From contig CBDBBI010000010.1 in NCBI GenBank assembly GCA_965202625.1, forward strand, positions 1,792,001 to 1,856,000: a DNA stretch of 64,000 nucleotides. Reading direction: 5' to 3'. Below the pieces are notes generated by a model that did not search any database, was not told the origin of the DNA, and saw only the letters and a program-made list of their open reading frames with translations. Each line of letters begins with the position of its first letter. The first letter of the stretch is position 1. The position numbers and the translations under genes are program-made. The DNA comes from a bacterium. Lineage in GTDB: Bacteria; UBA8248. Of the stretch, positions 10,251 through 19,112 are shown in pieces.

Positions 10251-11369
10251 CGCGCGCGGGCAGCGGTCTCTCCTCCCTTTCAGATTCTCCGGCCGCTGCA
10301 AAAGAAGCACTTGAGGAAGCCATGGCGGAGGCGGGGATCGACGACGCCTCCCTCCCTCGCATTCGTATTCGCGACGCCTGCTCACCTGAAACGATGGCAG
10401 AAGTCGTCGCCCTGCAAGAGGGAACAGGCGGAGCGCGGATCGTCGGCTGCACCGGTTTTGGCGTCATGACGGCCGAAGGCGAGATCGAGCGAAAACCAGG
10501 AATGTCGATTCTCATCATCGGTGGCAACGGTCCGCACGCCGCGCCCTTTCTGGTCGAGGGACTCCAAAAAGCGCCCCTTGCGAGCGGACGCGCTCCTCAA
10601 GGGAATTCGCGAAGAACTAGGGAGCGCGAAGCCATCATCGTGGGAGGCGGCGCGGCGGAGGATGGCTCTTTAGGGAAAACCTTGCAATTTTTAGATGGGA
10701 AGGCACGAACCAACACCGTATCCGGCGTCGTATTCGCGGGCAGGCGTGAGACGATTTATTGGAATATCTCAAGCGTACTTGCCAGAGGGAGAGCCGAAGC
10801 TCATGACGCGGTCGGAGGAGAACGTCGTCTGGGAAATTTCCGGCAAACGCGCTTTCGACGTCTTCGCCGAAGCAGCCGTCCCGAAATGGATGGAAAATGT
10901 CGAGCGCGCCATCATAAATCTATTATCGCTATTCGGGGGGATCCGGATCAAGTCGCGCTCGACCATGGCGACTATGTCGTCAGGCCCATCGTGGGCGCGG
11001 ACACGAAGCGGGGCATCATAGCGCTGCCGACACCGGTGCGGACCGGCCAGGCCATCACCTTTGCCAGACGGGACGGGCGGGGCGCGCGAAAGGACTTTCA
11101 GGCCATGTTGGAGAAAGGGGCGCGCCGCTTCGTCGCCACCCACAGAGAAGACACGCGCGCGTTCGGCCTGTATTTTAATAATTTGCGCTGGCCGGGGCAG
11201 CGCGCTCTACGGCGAGGCGTACGTAGACGCCAAGGCGATTCGAGAGAAGACAAAAGGACTGCCAGTCGCCAGTTTCTTCACAGGCTCAGAGATTGCGCCC
11301 ATCAAAGACATCGACCACCTCCACCAGTATTCCGGCGTGCTGGTGCTCGTGGGAAAGGAATCTGATTAA
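10247..11369 (+). pseudogene. FIST (N+C) sensory-domain protein, frameshifted
   Basis: FIST fragments lie in different frames: IVGCTGFGV..EIE, IVGGGA, TRSEENVVWEISGKRA, YVVRPIVGAD, CAGRGSALYG, and FFTGSEIAP..LHQYSGV. Confidence 0.8.
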
Positions 11370-11403
11370 ACGAAAAAATTCCCCATCATTCATAGGAGCC
11401 CTT

Positions 11404-11832
11404 ATGGGATACAGCACGGGAGACCTCATCGTCACGACCCTCCACATCCTGAGCGCCATTTTGGCGGTTGGCGGCGTGGCTTTTATCCGCTTCGTACTCA
11501 TACCGACGGCTAATGGACTGCCAGAGTCCGAGCGACGCGCATTTCTGGAGAGGGTCCAGAAAAAATTCACGCCGATTTTACATGGCTCCTTTCTGGTGTT
11601 GATACTGACGGGACTTCATCACGTCACCCGCCTCATTCAGAGGGGACTCACGATTCCGGAATCGCTGATCGTGAAGATCGTTCTGGCGCTCGTCATCATT
11701 TTCATAGGCGTTGCGCTCACCCTCCCAAGCGGCTTCGACGGACTGAAGGCGAAGCGCAAGAGCTGGCTCTTGCTTAATCTTATCCTCGCTCTCATCGTCG
11801 TCTATCTGGGTGTCTCTGTCGCCCACGGATAG
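11404..11832 (+). CDS. Small 4-TM membrane protein (CopD/DUF2269-like)
   Basis: LHILSAILAVGGVAF...LTG...VKIVLAL pattern; AGGAG RBS before ATG 11404. Confidence 0.7.
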   Translation: MGYSTGDLIVTTLHILSAILAVGGVAFIRFVLIPTANGLPESERRAFLERVQKKFTPILHGSFLVLILTGLHHVTRLIQRGLTIPESLIVKIVLALVIIFIGVALTLPSGFDGLKAKRKSWLLLNLILALIVVYLGVSVAHG

Positions 11833-11857
11833 CATTTTCAGGGGGGGAGCGCACGCG

Positions 11858-12859
11858 ATGCGGGCAAGCTGGTATGAACGCAAGGGCCGCGCGCGCGAGG
11901 TGGTCGAAATCGGGGAGATGAAAACGCCCGAGCCCGCCCCCGGAGAGGTGCGGGTGCGGCTTCGCGCGTCGGGCGTCAACCCGACGGACTGCAAGCGCCG
12001 CGCCGGCCAGGGGTCGGAGGACTGGGGCTATTTTCGGCATTTTCCGGATTATCCGAGAATCATTCCCCATAACGATGGCGCGGGCGTAGTGGACAAACTC
12101 GGGACGGGCGCGACCAGCTACGTGATCGGCGATCGAGTATGGGTTTACAACGCGCGCTACAAGCGCGCGTTCGGCACCTCGGCGCAATACATTTGCTTGC
12201 CAGCCAAACTCTTGGTTCGTCTGCCCGAAGAGACCACATTCGCGCAGGGGGCGTGCCTCGGCGTCCCCGCCATGACGGCCCACCGCAGCCTGTTCGCGGA
12301 TGGTCCCATCGTCGGCAGGACGATCCTGGTGACCGGCGGCGCCGGGCGCGTGGGCAACTACGCAGTGCAGCTGGCCAAATGGGGGGGCGCGCGGGTCATC
12401 ACCACGGTGAGTTCCGAGGCGAAGGCGAGGCGGGCGGCGTCCGCCGATCACGTCATCAACTACCGAGAGGAGGACCCGGTCCAAAAAATACTGGAGATCA
12501 CGGCCGGCGCGGGCGTCGACCGCGTCCTCGACGTGAACTTGGGCGTGAACTGGGAGATGAACTACAAAATCTTAAAAATAGGTGGAATCATCGCCTCCTA
12601 TTCATCCATGGGAGACCGGACGCCTCGGTTTCCCCACTACGAACTCATGCTCAACAATATCACCATTCGTCTGGTGATGATTCATTGTTGCTCGCCCGAC
12701 GCCTTGACGCAGGCGGCGAGGGACCTCACCCGCGCGATGGAAGAAGGCGCGCTCTCCCACTACATCGCGAGGAGTTTTTCACTCGACGAACTCGCCAGCG
12801 CGCACGAGGCCGTAGAAGAGGGCGAACTCACCGGCAGCGTGGTGGTGCGGATCGACTAG
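11858..12859 (+). CDS. NADPH:quinone reductase (MDR/zeta-crystallin family)
   Basis: ASGVNPTD, IPHNDGAGVV, GVPAMTA and VTGGAGRVG. Confidence 0.9.
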   Translation: MRASWYERKGRAREVVEIGEMKTPEPAPGEVRVRLRASGVNPTDCKRRAGQGSEDWGYFRHFPDYPRIIPHNDGAGVVDKLGTGATSYVIGDRVWVYNARYKRAFGTSAQYICLPAKLLVRLPEETTFAQGACLGVPAMTAHRSLFADGPIVGRTILVTGGAGRVGNYAVQLAKWGGARVITTVSSEAKARRAASADHVINYREEDPVQKILEITAGAGVDRVLDVNLGVNWEMNYKILKIGGIIASYSSMGDRTPRFPHYELMLNNITIRLVMIHCCSPDALTQAARDLTRAMEEGALSHYIARSFSLDELASAHEAVEEGELTGSVVVRID

Positions 12860-12867
12860 CCCGAGAT

Positions 12868-14109
12868 TCAGGCTGCGCCCCCGCGGGGCACAGCGTCCAG
12901 CTTTCTGATTCCCGTCTCCAAGGCGTCGAGCGTTTTGTCAATTTGCGCCTCTGTGTGCGTCGCCATGAAGGTGGCTCTGAGCCTGCTCGTACCCCGTGGC
13001 ACCGTAGGCGGGCGAATGGCCAGTAGATACACGCCCGCCTCCATTAGGTATTCGGCCAGTGCCAACGTCTTCTCGTTATCCTTGACGATGATCGGGAAAA
13101 TCGGAATTTCCGCGCCAGGGGGCGGATCGCAAATCGCAACGCCAATATAGCGCAGCCCGGCGCGAAAACGCGCGCACAAATTCCTCAGGCTCTCCCTTCT
13201 GCGCTCCCCCTCAACTCCCTCGGAAAGACGAAGGGCAGCGCAGGAGACGGCGGCGGCGGCGGGAGGCAGGCTCGTTGAGTAGATATAGGGGCGAGCCTTG
13301 TTGATGAGATAATCCACCACATGGGAATCGGCACACGCGAAAGCGCCATAAGAGGCGAGTGCCTTACCCAGCGTGCCCATGGAGATGGAAACTTCCTCCT
13401 GTAACCCGAAATACGCGCCACAGCCCTTGCCTCCCGTACCAAGAACTCCCGTGCCATGCGCGTCGTCCACCAGCAACATAGCACCGTATTTTCGCGCGAG
13501 GAGACAAATGTCTGGCAACGGGGCCAAATCGCCATCCATGCTGAAAACCCCATCCGTCACGATGAGTTTCCGGCGCGCGGCGGACGCTTTTTTCAAGGCG
13601 TCCTCGAGAAAGTTCACGTTCGCGTGCGGATAAACGCGCACGCGTGCCCTGGAGAGCCGGCATCCGTCCACGATGCTCGCGTGATTAAGCGCGTCGCTGA
13701 AAATCACGTCCCCCTCGTCGATTAAAGAGGTGAGCAACCCCAGGTTCGCCAAGAAGCCCGATCCAAAAACGACTGCAGCGTCCTTTTCTTTGAACCTCGC
13801 CAGCGCGCTCGCCAGAAGCGCATGATCGGCCATGTGACCAGAGATCAAGGGCGAGGCGGACCCGCTCGTTCCCGAGGCTCTCACGGCCTCCACCGACGCT
13901 TCGATAAGCGCAGGGTAGTTGGCAAAGCCCAGATAGTTGTTGCTGGAGAGGTTGATGAGGGTCCTCTCCCCATGACGCATGGTGGGCCCCTGCATCCCAT
14001 CAAGGGTGCGCAGGCACCGATGTAGGTTCGCATCCACGAGCCCGCGCAACTCATCATCCAGTTGCGTCTTCCAGTCCAGTGCAGCCGTCTCGATTCTCTC
14101 CTCATCCAT
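12868..14109 (-). CDS. bioF: 8-amino-7-oxononanoate synthase
   Basis: SSNNYLG, NHASIVDG, DGVFSMDGD, DDAHG, GTLGKA and IRPPTVP; start chosen at ATG 14109. Confidence 0.92.
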   Translation of the reverse strand: MDEERIETAALDWKTQLDDELRGLVDANLHRCLRTLDGMQGPTMRHGERTLINLSSNNYLGFANYPALIEASVEAVRASGTSGSASPLISGHMADHALLASALARFKEKDAAVVFGSGFLANLGLLTSLIDEGDVIFSDALNHASIVDGCRLSRARVRVYPHANVNFLEDALKKASAARRKLIVTDGVFSMDGDLAPLPDICLLARKYGAMLLVDDAHGTGVLGTGGKGCGAYFGLQEEVSISMGTLGKALASYGAFACADSHVVDYLINKARPYIYSTSLPPAAAAVSCAALRLSEGVEGERRRESLRNLCARFRAGLRYIGVAICDPPPGAEIPIFPIIVKDNEKTLALAEYLMEAGVYLLAIRPPTVPRGTSRLRATFMATHTEAQIDKTLDALETGIRKLDAVPRGGAA

Positions 14110-14238
14110 CCGTCCATTATAGAAAAATAGGAGGGGCCGAAAAAGCCGGAGAGCGCAGCCCTTGCGCCGAAGGTGGAACGGTGTCATTTTTCATGAAATT
14201 TCGTCCGCACGTATTCATCTCACATTGAGGAGTCTCCC

Positions 14239-14560
14239 TTGAACTGGCTTTGGGTCACGGGGGGCGGGGCGATCGGCAGCACTCTGCGTTACGGACTCAC
14301 TCTCAGCGTCCGCAGATGGCTAGGCGGGAACTGGCCTTTCGGGACGCTGACGGCCAACCTCCTGGGCTCTTTCACTATCGGATGGATATTCCATCTTCTC
14401 GGCGAGGGGCCCCCGCCTATTCGTCATCGCCGGTCTGCTGGGCGGATTCAACACCTTCTCCGCCTGCTTCAGGAAGGTGCCTGGCTTCCGGCCGCTCTCT
14501 ACATCGTGCTCTCGCTCCCAGGGGGGTGCCTGCTCGCCTCCTCGTTCGCGGGACCCATCA
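14239..14560 (+). pseudogene. crcB: Fluoride efflux channel CrcB/FluC, frameshifted
   Basis: GGAIGSTLRY and WPFGTLTANLLGSF are in frame, but the GLLGGFNTFS motif lies in a different frame; the end is approximate. Confidence 0.8.
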
Positions 14561-15169
14561 AATCGATCTCCACTCTCCCCCATCGACTTGCAAAACCGCT
14601 CCTAATATGTAGCTCGCTGGTGAGAAAAACCACGGCCGCCGCGAATTCGTCCACCTCGCCCAGGCGGCCCATGGCGATGTCTTTCGTCACCTCCGCATCC
14701 GCCTCCTCTTCGGTGCGGCCGCTGTCTCTCCCCATGCGAGCAATGCGCTCCGGCCAAGGATTTCGTATACTTCAGGAGCACCGCCTTCGAGACGTTCGAC
14801 ACCACGCGGCGGGGGCGGTTGCCGGCTGCTCGTGGAGCACGTCGTGATGATGCAGCCCCATCTCTGCTTTCGCATGCAGGGGATGACCAGACAGATGAGC
14901 TCCGAAGCTGCGTATAGGATGCTCTCCATCGCTCTCTCCCGGTCAGCGCGTTCGATGTCCAAGAAATCCTTAGTCATGCTCACGCCGGCGTTGCTCACGA
15001 GAACATGAACGATACCGAAGTGAGCGACCCTCTCCTCTAACACCCAGGCGACCTCCTCGCCCCTCGCGCAGATGCAAACGTCGCACCCTTCCCGCGCGAG
15101 CTCCCTGGCACCGAGGCCCACGCTCGCACCGGTCATGATGGTGGCCTCCCCCCTCAAGCCCAAATCCAT
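14499..15169 (-). pseudogene. SDR oxidoreductase, decayed
   Basis: MDLGLRG..IMTGASVGLG, LVSNAG, then frame-shifted SNVSKA and IAMGRLGEVDEFAAAVVFLTS. Confidence 0.8.
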
Positions 15170-15400
15170 TTTGCCTGCTCCTCACATTCCAGGCGGGATG
15201 AAAGTATAAGTTGACAGAGCAGCCGAACGCGCTTTTATGATTATTATAATTGTGTTATGCGTGCAGCATGCTCCACAGGGGCGGGGAGCGGTGGGTGCTG
15301 AAGCATCCGGTTTCCGGCGATGCGAAAACGCTTGATGAGGATGAAATGCCCATACGCCCACCGCGAGAGCCAGGAATTCCAACGCCTGAAAGAGGGAAAC

Positions 15401-15673
15401 ATGACGGACCGCGCCGATTTTCGTCAGTTCTACCGGGACACCCATCAAGTGGACTTGCTCACCGAGCGCGAGAAAAAGCTCATCGGCCTAACCATCGCCA
15501 TCGTGCGCAACTGCCAGCCGTGAGTGGACCGTCGCCTGGCGGACGCCGGGCGAGCGGGCATCGCCGAGGAGACGCTCGACGCCGCCTTTGACCTCACAGC
15601 CGCCGTCATGGCCGGAATCGCCCAGAGTATGAACCAGCGCTACAAGGCGTCTCGGGAACAAGACACTTCCTAG
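15401..15673 (+). CDS. AhpD/carboxymuconolactone-decarboxylase-like selenoprotein (CxxU), 90 aa
   Basis: GAGGG RBS; LTEREKKLIGLTIAIVRNCQP-TGA-VDRRLADAGRAGIAEETLDAAFDLTAAV. The CMD-like sequence continues in frame past TGA 15521-15523 to TAG 15671-15673, and a SECIS-like hairpin follows the TGA. Confidence 0.82.
15529..15557 (+). promoter_or_regulatory. Bacterial SECIS element
   Basis: Stem TCGCCTGGC (15532-15540)/GCCGGGCGA (15545-15553) with a GGAC apical loop beginning with G, 17 nt after the UGA; lower stem CCG/CGG. Confidence 0.75.
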
Positions 15674-15686
15674 GAAACCACAGGCG

Positions 15687-16235
15687 ATGGAGTGGTTCAA
15701 AAAATTTCTGGAGTTCGACGACCAAAACCGGCTCATGCCATGGAAGAGAAAAAGACCGGAGCCGCAAGGGGAGGCGCCCGAGGATCATCCCAGCGTCTCC
15801 ATCAAGCCGGGCTGGTATTTCATGATGTATTTCATCATCGGAGTCGGTTTCGACACCCTGTTTCCCACTGACGCTTTCTCCGAGAACGTCCGTTTCACGC
15901 TCGGGGTGAGTCTGGTGCTTCTGGGGGCGATCCTCAATGCATCCGCCACGCGCCGCTTCAGGAGGGCCCATACGCACCATGAGGTTGACAAGCCGGCGCG
16001 CGCCCTCATCACAGATGGTCCCTACCGTTTCTCCCGAAATCCGATCTATCTGGGCTTCATTGCCCTCTATCTTGGGTTGGGAGTTTTTCTCAACAACCTT
16101 TGGATATTCGTCCTGGGCGCTCCCTTGACCCTCACGATCCAGGTCGTGATCGCCTCGCGCGAGGAGGATTATCTCGAAGGGAAATTCGGCGAGGAATACC
16201 GCGCCTATCGAGAGAGGGTGCGCCGCTGGCTCTGA
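15687..16235 (+). CDS. Isoprenylcysteine carboxyl methyltransferase (ICMT/PEMT) family membrane methyltransferase
   Basis: LITDGPYRFSRNPIYLG and EEDYLEGKFGEEYRAYRERVRRW. Confidence 0.9.
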   Translation: MEWFKKFLEFDDQNRLMPWKRKRPEPQGEAPEDHPSVSIKPGWYFMMYFIIGVGFDTLFPTDAFSENVRFTLGVSLVLLGAILNASATRRFRRAHTHHEVDKPARALITDGPYRFSRNPIYLGFIALYLGLGVFLNNLWIFVLGAPLTLTIQVVIASREEDYLEGKFGEEYRAYRERVRRWL

Positions 16236-16293
16236 CGCGCATCATGGCGACATCCAAAAGTGTACGTTACTCGCGCCGCAAGGCCGACGGTTA

Positions 16294-16620
16294 CTACCTA
16301 TTGTATGTTTTTCGATCTGTGGAAATCAGATAGAGCATTTTACTGTAAGGAAGACGCATATAGATCGTCGCAATCTTTAATACTTTAACCATTACCAAGC
16401 TCCTGCAAAGTAGACTCACCCCGTTCTGAATGCGCTCACACATCGCATCGGCACTATCTATAAATTTGGTTTGATTCAGACGAGAAATGATGATGGTTCG
16501 CCCTTCTGGGACAGCACCAATAGGCTGGACAACGAATATGGTTATCTGAAAAGAAATGACAATCAAAATGATGACGATGATGATGGCGAGAGCACTAGCA
16601 TATTTTCCCCTGGCACTCAT
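16294..16620 (-). CDS. Hypothetical membrane-anchored protein (AT-rich patch)
   Basis: N-terminal TM helix, then FVVQPIGAVPEGRT...DSADAMCER...SLLCR; ATG 16620 lies 2 nt after the stop of the upstream cryptic ORF. Confidence 0.65.
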   Translation of the reverse strand: MSARGKYASALAIIIVIILIVISFQITIFVVQPIGAVPEGRTIIISRLNQTKFIDSADAMCERIQNGVSLLCRSLVMVKVLKIATIYMRLPYSKMLYLISTDRKTYNR

Positions 16621-16622
16621 GA

Positions 16623-16937
16623 TCAGCGTATTAGCTCCCGACGTAGTGCTCTTTGCATACAAACCAAGTCGTGTACCTGGCCGTTTTGTTCATAAGCAGT
16701 TTGGTAGTGTTGCGCGGATAGAGAGCAATCACACCTTTGCTGACCGCGCATTTCACGTTCAAGAGCTTTTTGCATACAAACTACGTCCTTTACCCGTCCG
16801 CTGGTCTCATAGTGTGATTGATATGATTGCGCAGTATCTGGACAAGCACCCTATTTGGCTGCGCTTTCGGGCGCAACTAGCATGACCGAAAACCCGAAAA
16901 TTGTTGCGGACAGAAGGCTAACAAAATACCTCGATAA
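16623..16937 (-). pseudogene. Small secreted two-repeat Cys-containing protein interrupted by TAG
   Basis: Manual translation: signal-like LSRYFVSLLSATIFGFSVMLVAPESAAK-TAG(16853-16851)-GACPDTAQSYQSHYETSGRVKDVVCMQKALERE...CSLSAQHYQTAYEQNGQVHDLVCMQRALRRE; no intact in-frame start codon at the 5' end. Confidence 0.6.
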
Positions 16938-17075
16938 TCAATTTCCCTTTATAACATTCGCAAATCAAATCTTTTTGCAGCGGGGATATGCCCTTCGGAT
17001 ACAGCCTTTCTCATCTCTCCTTTTGGGGTTATCGCAAGAATGAGAATATGAACCAAAGCTGCGGATCATTGAAGG

Positions 17076-17681
17076 CTAGCGCACTCCCTCGGGCTTGGGT
17101 CGCGCCTTTCGCCTCGCGATCTCTTCTTTCACCTCCGTGCTCGATTTCCCGTTCGTCTCGACGCCATACGCCTCGCCCACGCGGGTGTGTTTGTCCATCA
17201 GGCGCATGAAGGAGATGTCCGACAGCTCAGCAAGCACCATCTCGCACGTGCTGAAGATGGTGCACCCCTCCACAAGGTGGCCGCCAAAGCACGTCGCCTC
17301 GGGCCGACCCATGGATATGGTGACGTGCGCGTGGAGATAGGGCTCTCCGTCTTCGGTCTGGGTGACGTTGCCGCTCATTTGCAAGAGCTCGAGCGGGCCG
17401 TTGATCGGCGTAAAGATACGACACGCATCGTTGATGGGAAACGGATCGGGAAACTGCCAGACGTTTCTGAGCACCGCTTTTTGAAGACTCGCCGCCACGC
17501 TCAGGATGACGCCCGCCTTCACTCCCCTTTCCTGACAGATTTTGAGGGTCGTGCCGAACAAGTCGTCTCCCGGTGCCATTCGGATGGCAAGGACGCGACC
17601 GATGCCGGTCTCGGCCACGTCGTAGCGGGGCTGGCGCGTTTCCCAGTTGGATTTATCAAAATTCTGCAGTTTCCTCTCCAT
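17076..17681 (-). CDS. PPC/DUF296 domain protein
   Basis: RMAPGDDL, ELLQMSGNV, HAHVTI and GGHL..GC..FSTCE. Confidence 0.88.
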   Translation of the reverse strand: MERKLQNFDKSNWETRQPRYDVAETGIGRVLAIRMAPGDDLFGTTLKICQERGVKAGVILSVAASLQKAVLRNVWQFPDPFPINDACRIFTPINGPLELLQMSGNVTQTEDGEPYLHAHVTISMGRPEATCFGGHLVEGCTIFSTCEMVLAELSDISFMRLMDKHTRVGEAYGVETNGKSSTEVKEEIARRKARPKPEGVR

Positions 17682-17814
17682 GGATTCTCACTCTCCCTTG
17701 AGAGGCTTTCCGCCTCATGAGTGAAAAGGGGCGCCCGACGCACAGCTTGGCCTCGGGCTGCATCCTTGATTGTAAGACCACTTTTAGCCTGATTCAGGCG
17801 AAATGAAAACCACC

Positions 17815-19059
17815 TTAGCCGCCTGGCGCCTCGTAGCGAATTTCACCGTGGGTGACGGTGCAGATGACGAATGAGCGGGCGTCGAACACGTCTCCTAGGT
17901 TCAAATCCCCAGAACCAGGCGCGGGCTTCAGGACGCAAAAATCCGCCGCGCCCCCCGGGCTGAGCACACCCGCCTCATCGAAGCCGAGAGCCGCTGCGCC
18001 CGCCTGGGTGCACATTCTCAGCAGTTCGGCGTCCACGACCTCCGCGCCTGTCTGGCGAAGCGCGCGGGCCTCATCCAGAAGCGAGAGCGTGGGGCTGCTC
18101 GCCCGGCTGTCCGTTCCAAGGCACAAATCCAGCCCCGCTTCGCGCATCCGGTTCACGTCGGCGAACGGATGGCCGAAAAAATGCGCCGAGCGCGGACAGA
18201 GACAAACACACACCCCGTTTCTGATGAGCACTCTCCAGTCCTCCACGTTCGTCTGGTTTCCGTGGGCGGCCAGGGAGAGGCCATTGAGTGCTCCTACGAG
18301 GTCCAGGTGGGCGACCGGACGAAGCCCGGAGGGCGCAAAACCATCCAGAGAGCCCCTCAGCTCCCGATGCGCTACGGCGAACGCCCCGGTTCCGTTTTGC
18401 AAGAATGCGACTTCATGCGCGCTTTCCGCCAAGTGCGTCGTCATGGGCCAGCCTCTCGCTCTCGCCTCATCGCGCGCCGCTTGGTAGAGAGCGAGCGACG
18501 CGGTCCATGGGGCATGGGGGCTGAGGCCATGCCGAACAGCGTTCGGGACGACGCCTTGATAGTGGGGAAAAAGGGCATGCACCTCAAGTTTCCGCGCCAG
18601 AATTTCATCTGCCCGTGCTGGGTCAAGCCCCAGCACCTCATGAAACACCACCCCGCGCATTCCGGCGTCGGCGATCGCGGTTGCGCTTTCGCCTGAAGTC
18701 GAGACGTCTCCGACGCACGTGACGCCCGCGGCCAGGCTCTCGGCGACGCCGATGCGCGCGGAGGCCAGAAAAAGATGCGCGGGCCATTCCCGCACCTCTC
18801 GCACAAGCAGCACTATCCACTCCTCCATCGGCCCCGGCTTCCGGGCAAGACCAGAGAGCTCCAAGTGCGTGTGCGCGTTGACCAGACCCGGAAGGAGAAT
18901 CGCCCGTCCAAAATCCCGCTCGTGGGCCACCGGCTTAGCCGGACGCACGAAGCTCTCCTCCCCGACCGCCAGAATGCGGCCTGCCGCTGTGAGAATTGCC
19001 CCGCGCCGAATGGGCGGGCCCTCCACCGGACAAACGAGGTCCGCCAACCAAAGCGACAT
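17815..19059 (-). CDS. Amidohydrolase, probable aminodeoxyfutalosine deaminase
   Basis: PGLVNAHTHLELS, SPHAP, THLAES, CPRS and LGTDSRAS; directly downstream of mqnC; start chosen at ATG 19059. Confidence 0.78.
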   Translation of the reverse strand: MSLWLADLVCPVEGPPIRRGAILTAAGRILAVGEESFVRPAKPVAHERDFGRAILLPGLVNAHTHLELSGLARKPGPMEEWIVLLVREVREWPAHLFLASARIGVAESLAAGVTCVGDVSTSGESATAIADAGMRGVVFHEVLGLDPARADEILARKLEVHALFPHYQGVVPNAVRHGLSPHAPWTASLALYQAARDEARARGWPMTTHLAESAHEVAFLQNGTGAFAVAHRELRGSLDGFAPSGLRPVAHLDLVGALNGLSLAAHGNQTNVEDWRVLIRNGVCVCLCPRSAHFFGHPFADVNRMREAGLDLCLGTDSRASSPTLSLLDEARALRQTGAEVVDAELLRMCTQAGAAALGFDEAGVLSPGGAADFCVLKPAPGSGDLNLGDVFDARSFVICTVTHGEIRYEAPGG

Positions 19060-19112
19060 CTCCTGCGTCTGGGAGTTTCGGACCGATTCCGTCGCCACGG
19101 GAGAAAGTGTCG

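Noticed and set aside
10052-11365. 437-aa ORF as an intact gene
   Set aside because: Chimeric frame passing in and out of the true FIST reading frame; treated as a pseudogene
14110-14238. Fluoride riboswitch upstream of crcB
   Set aside because: No GGCGAUGG...CUGAUG-type consensus visible
16240-16295. Integron attC site after the AT-rich genes
   Set aside because: Only a short GTTACT direct repeat; no complementary R''/R' boxes or long imperfect palindrome
16851-16853. Pyrrolysine read-through of the TAG
   Set aside because: No pyl genes in the window, non-catalytic position, and the start codon is also damaged; a simple nonsense mutation is more parsimonious
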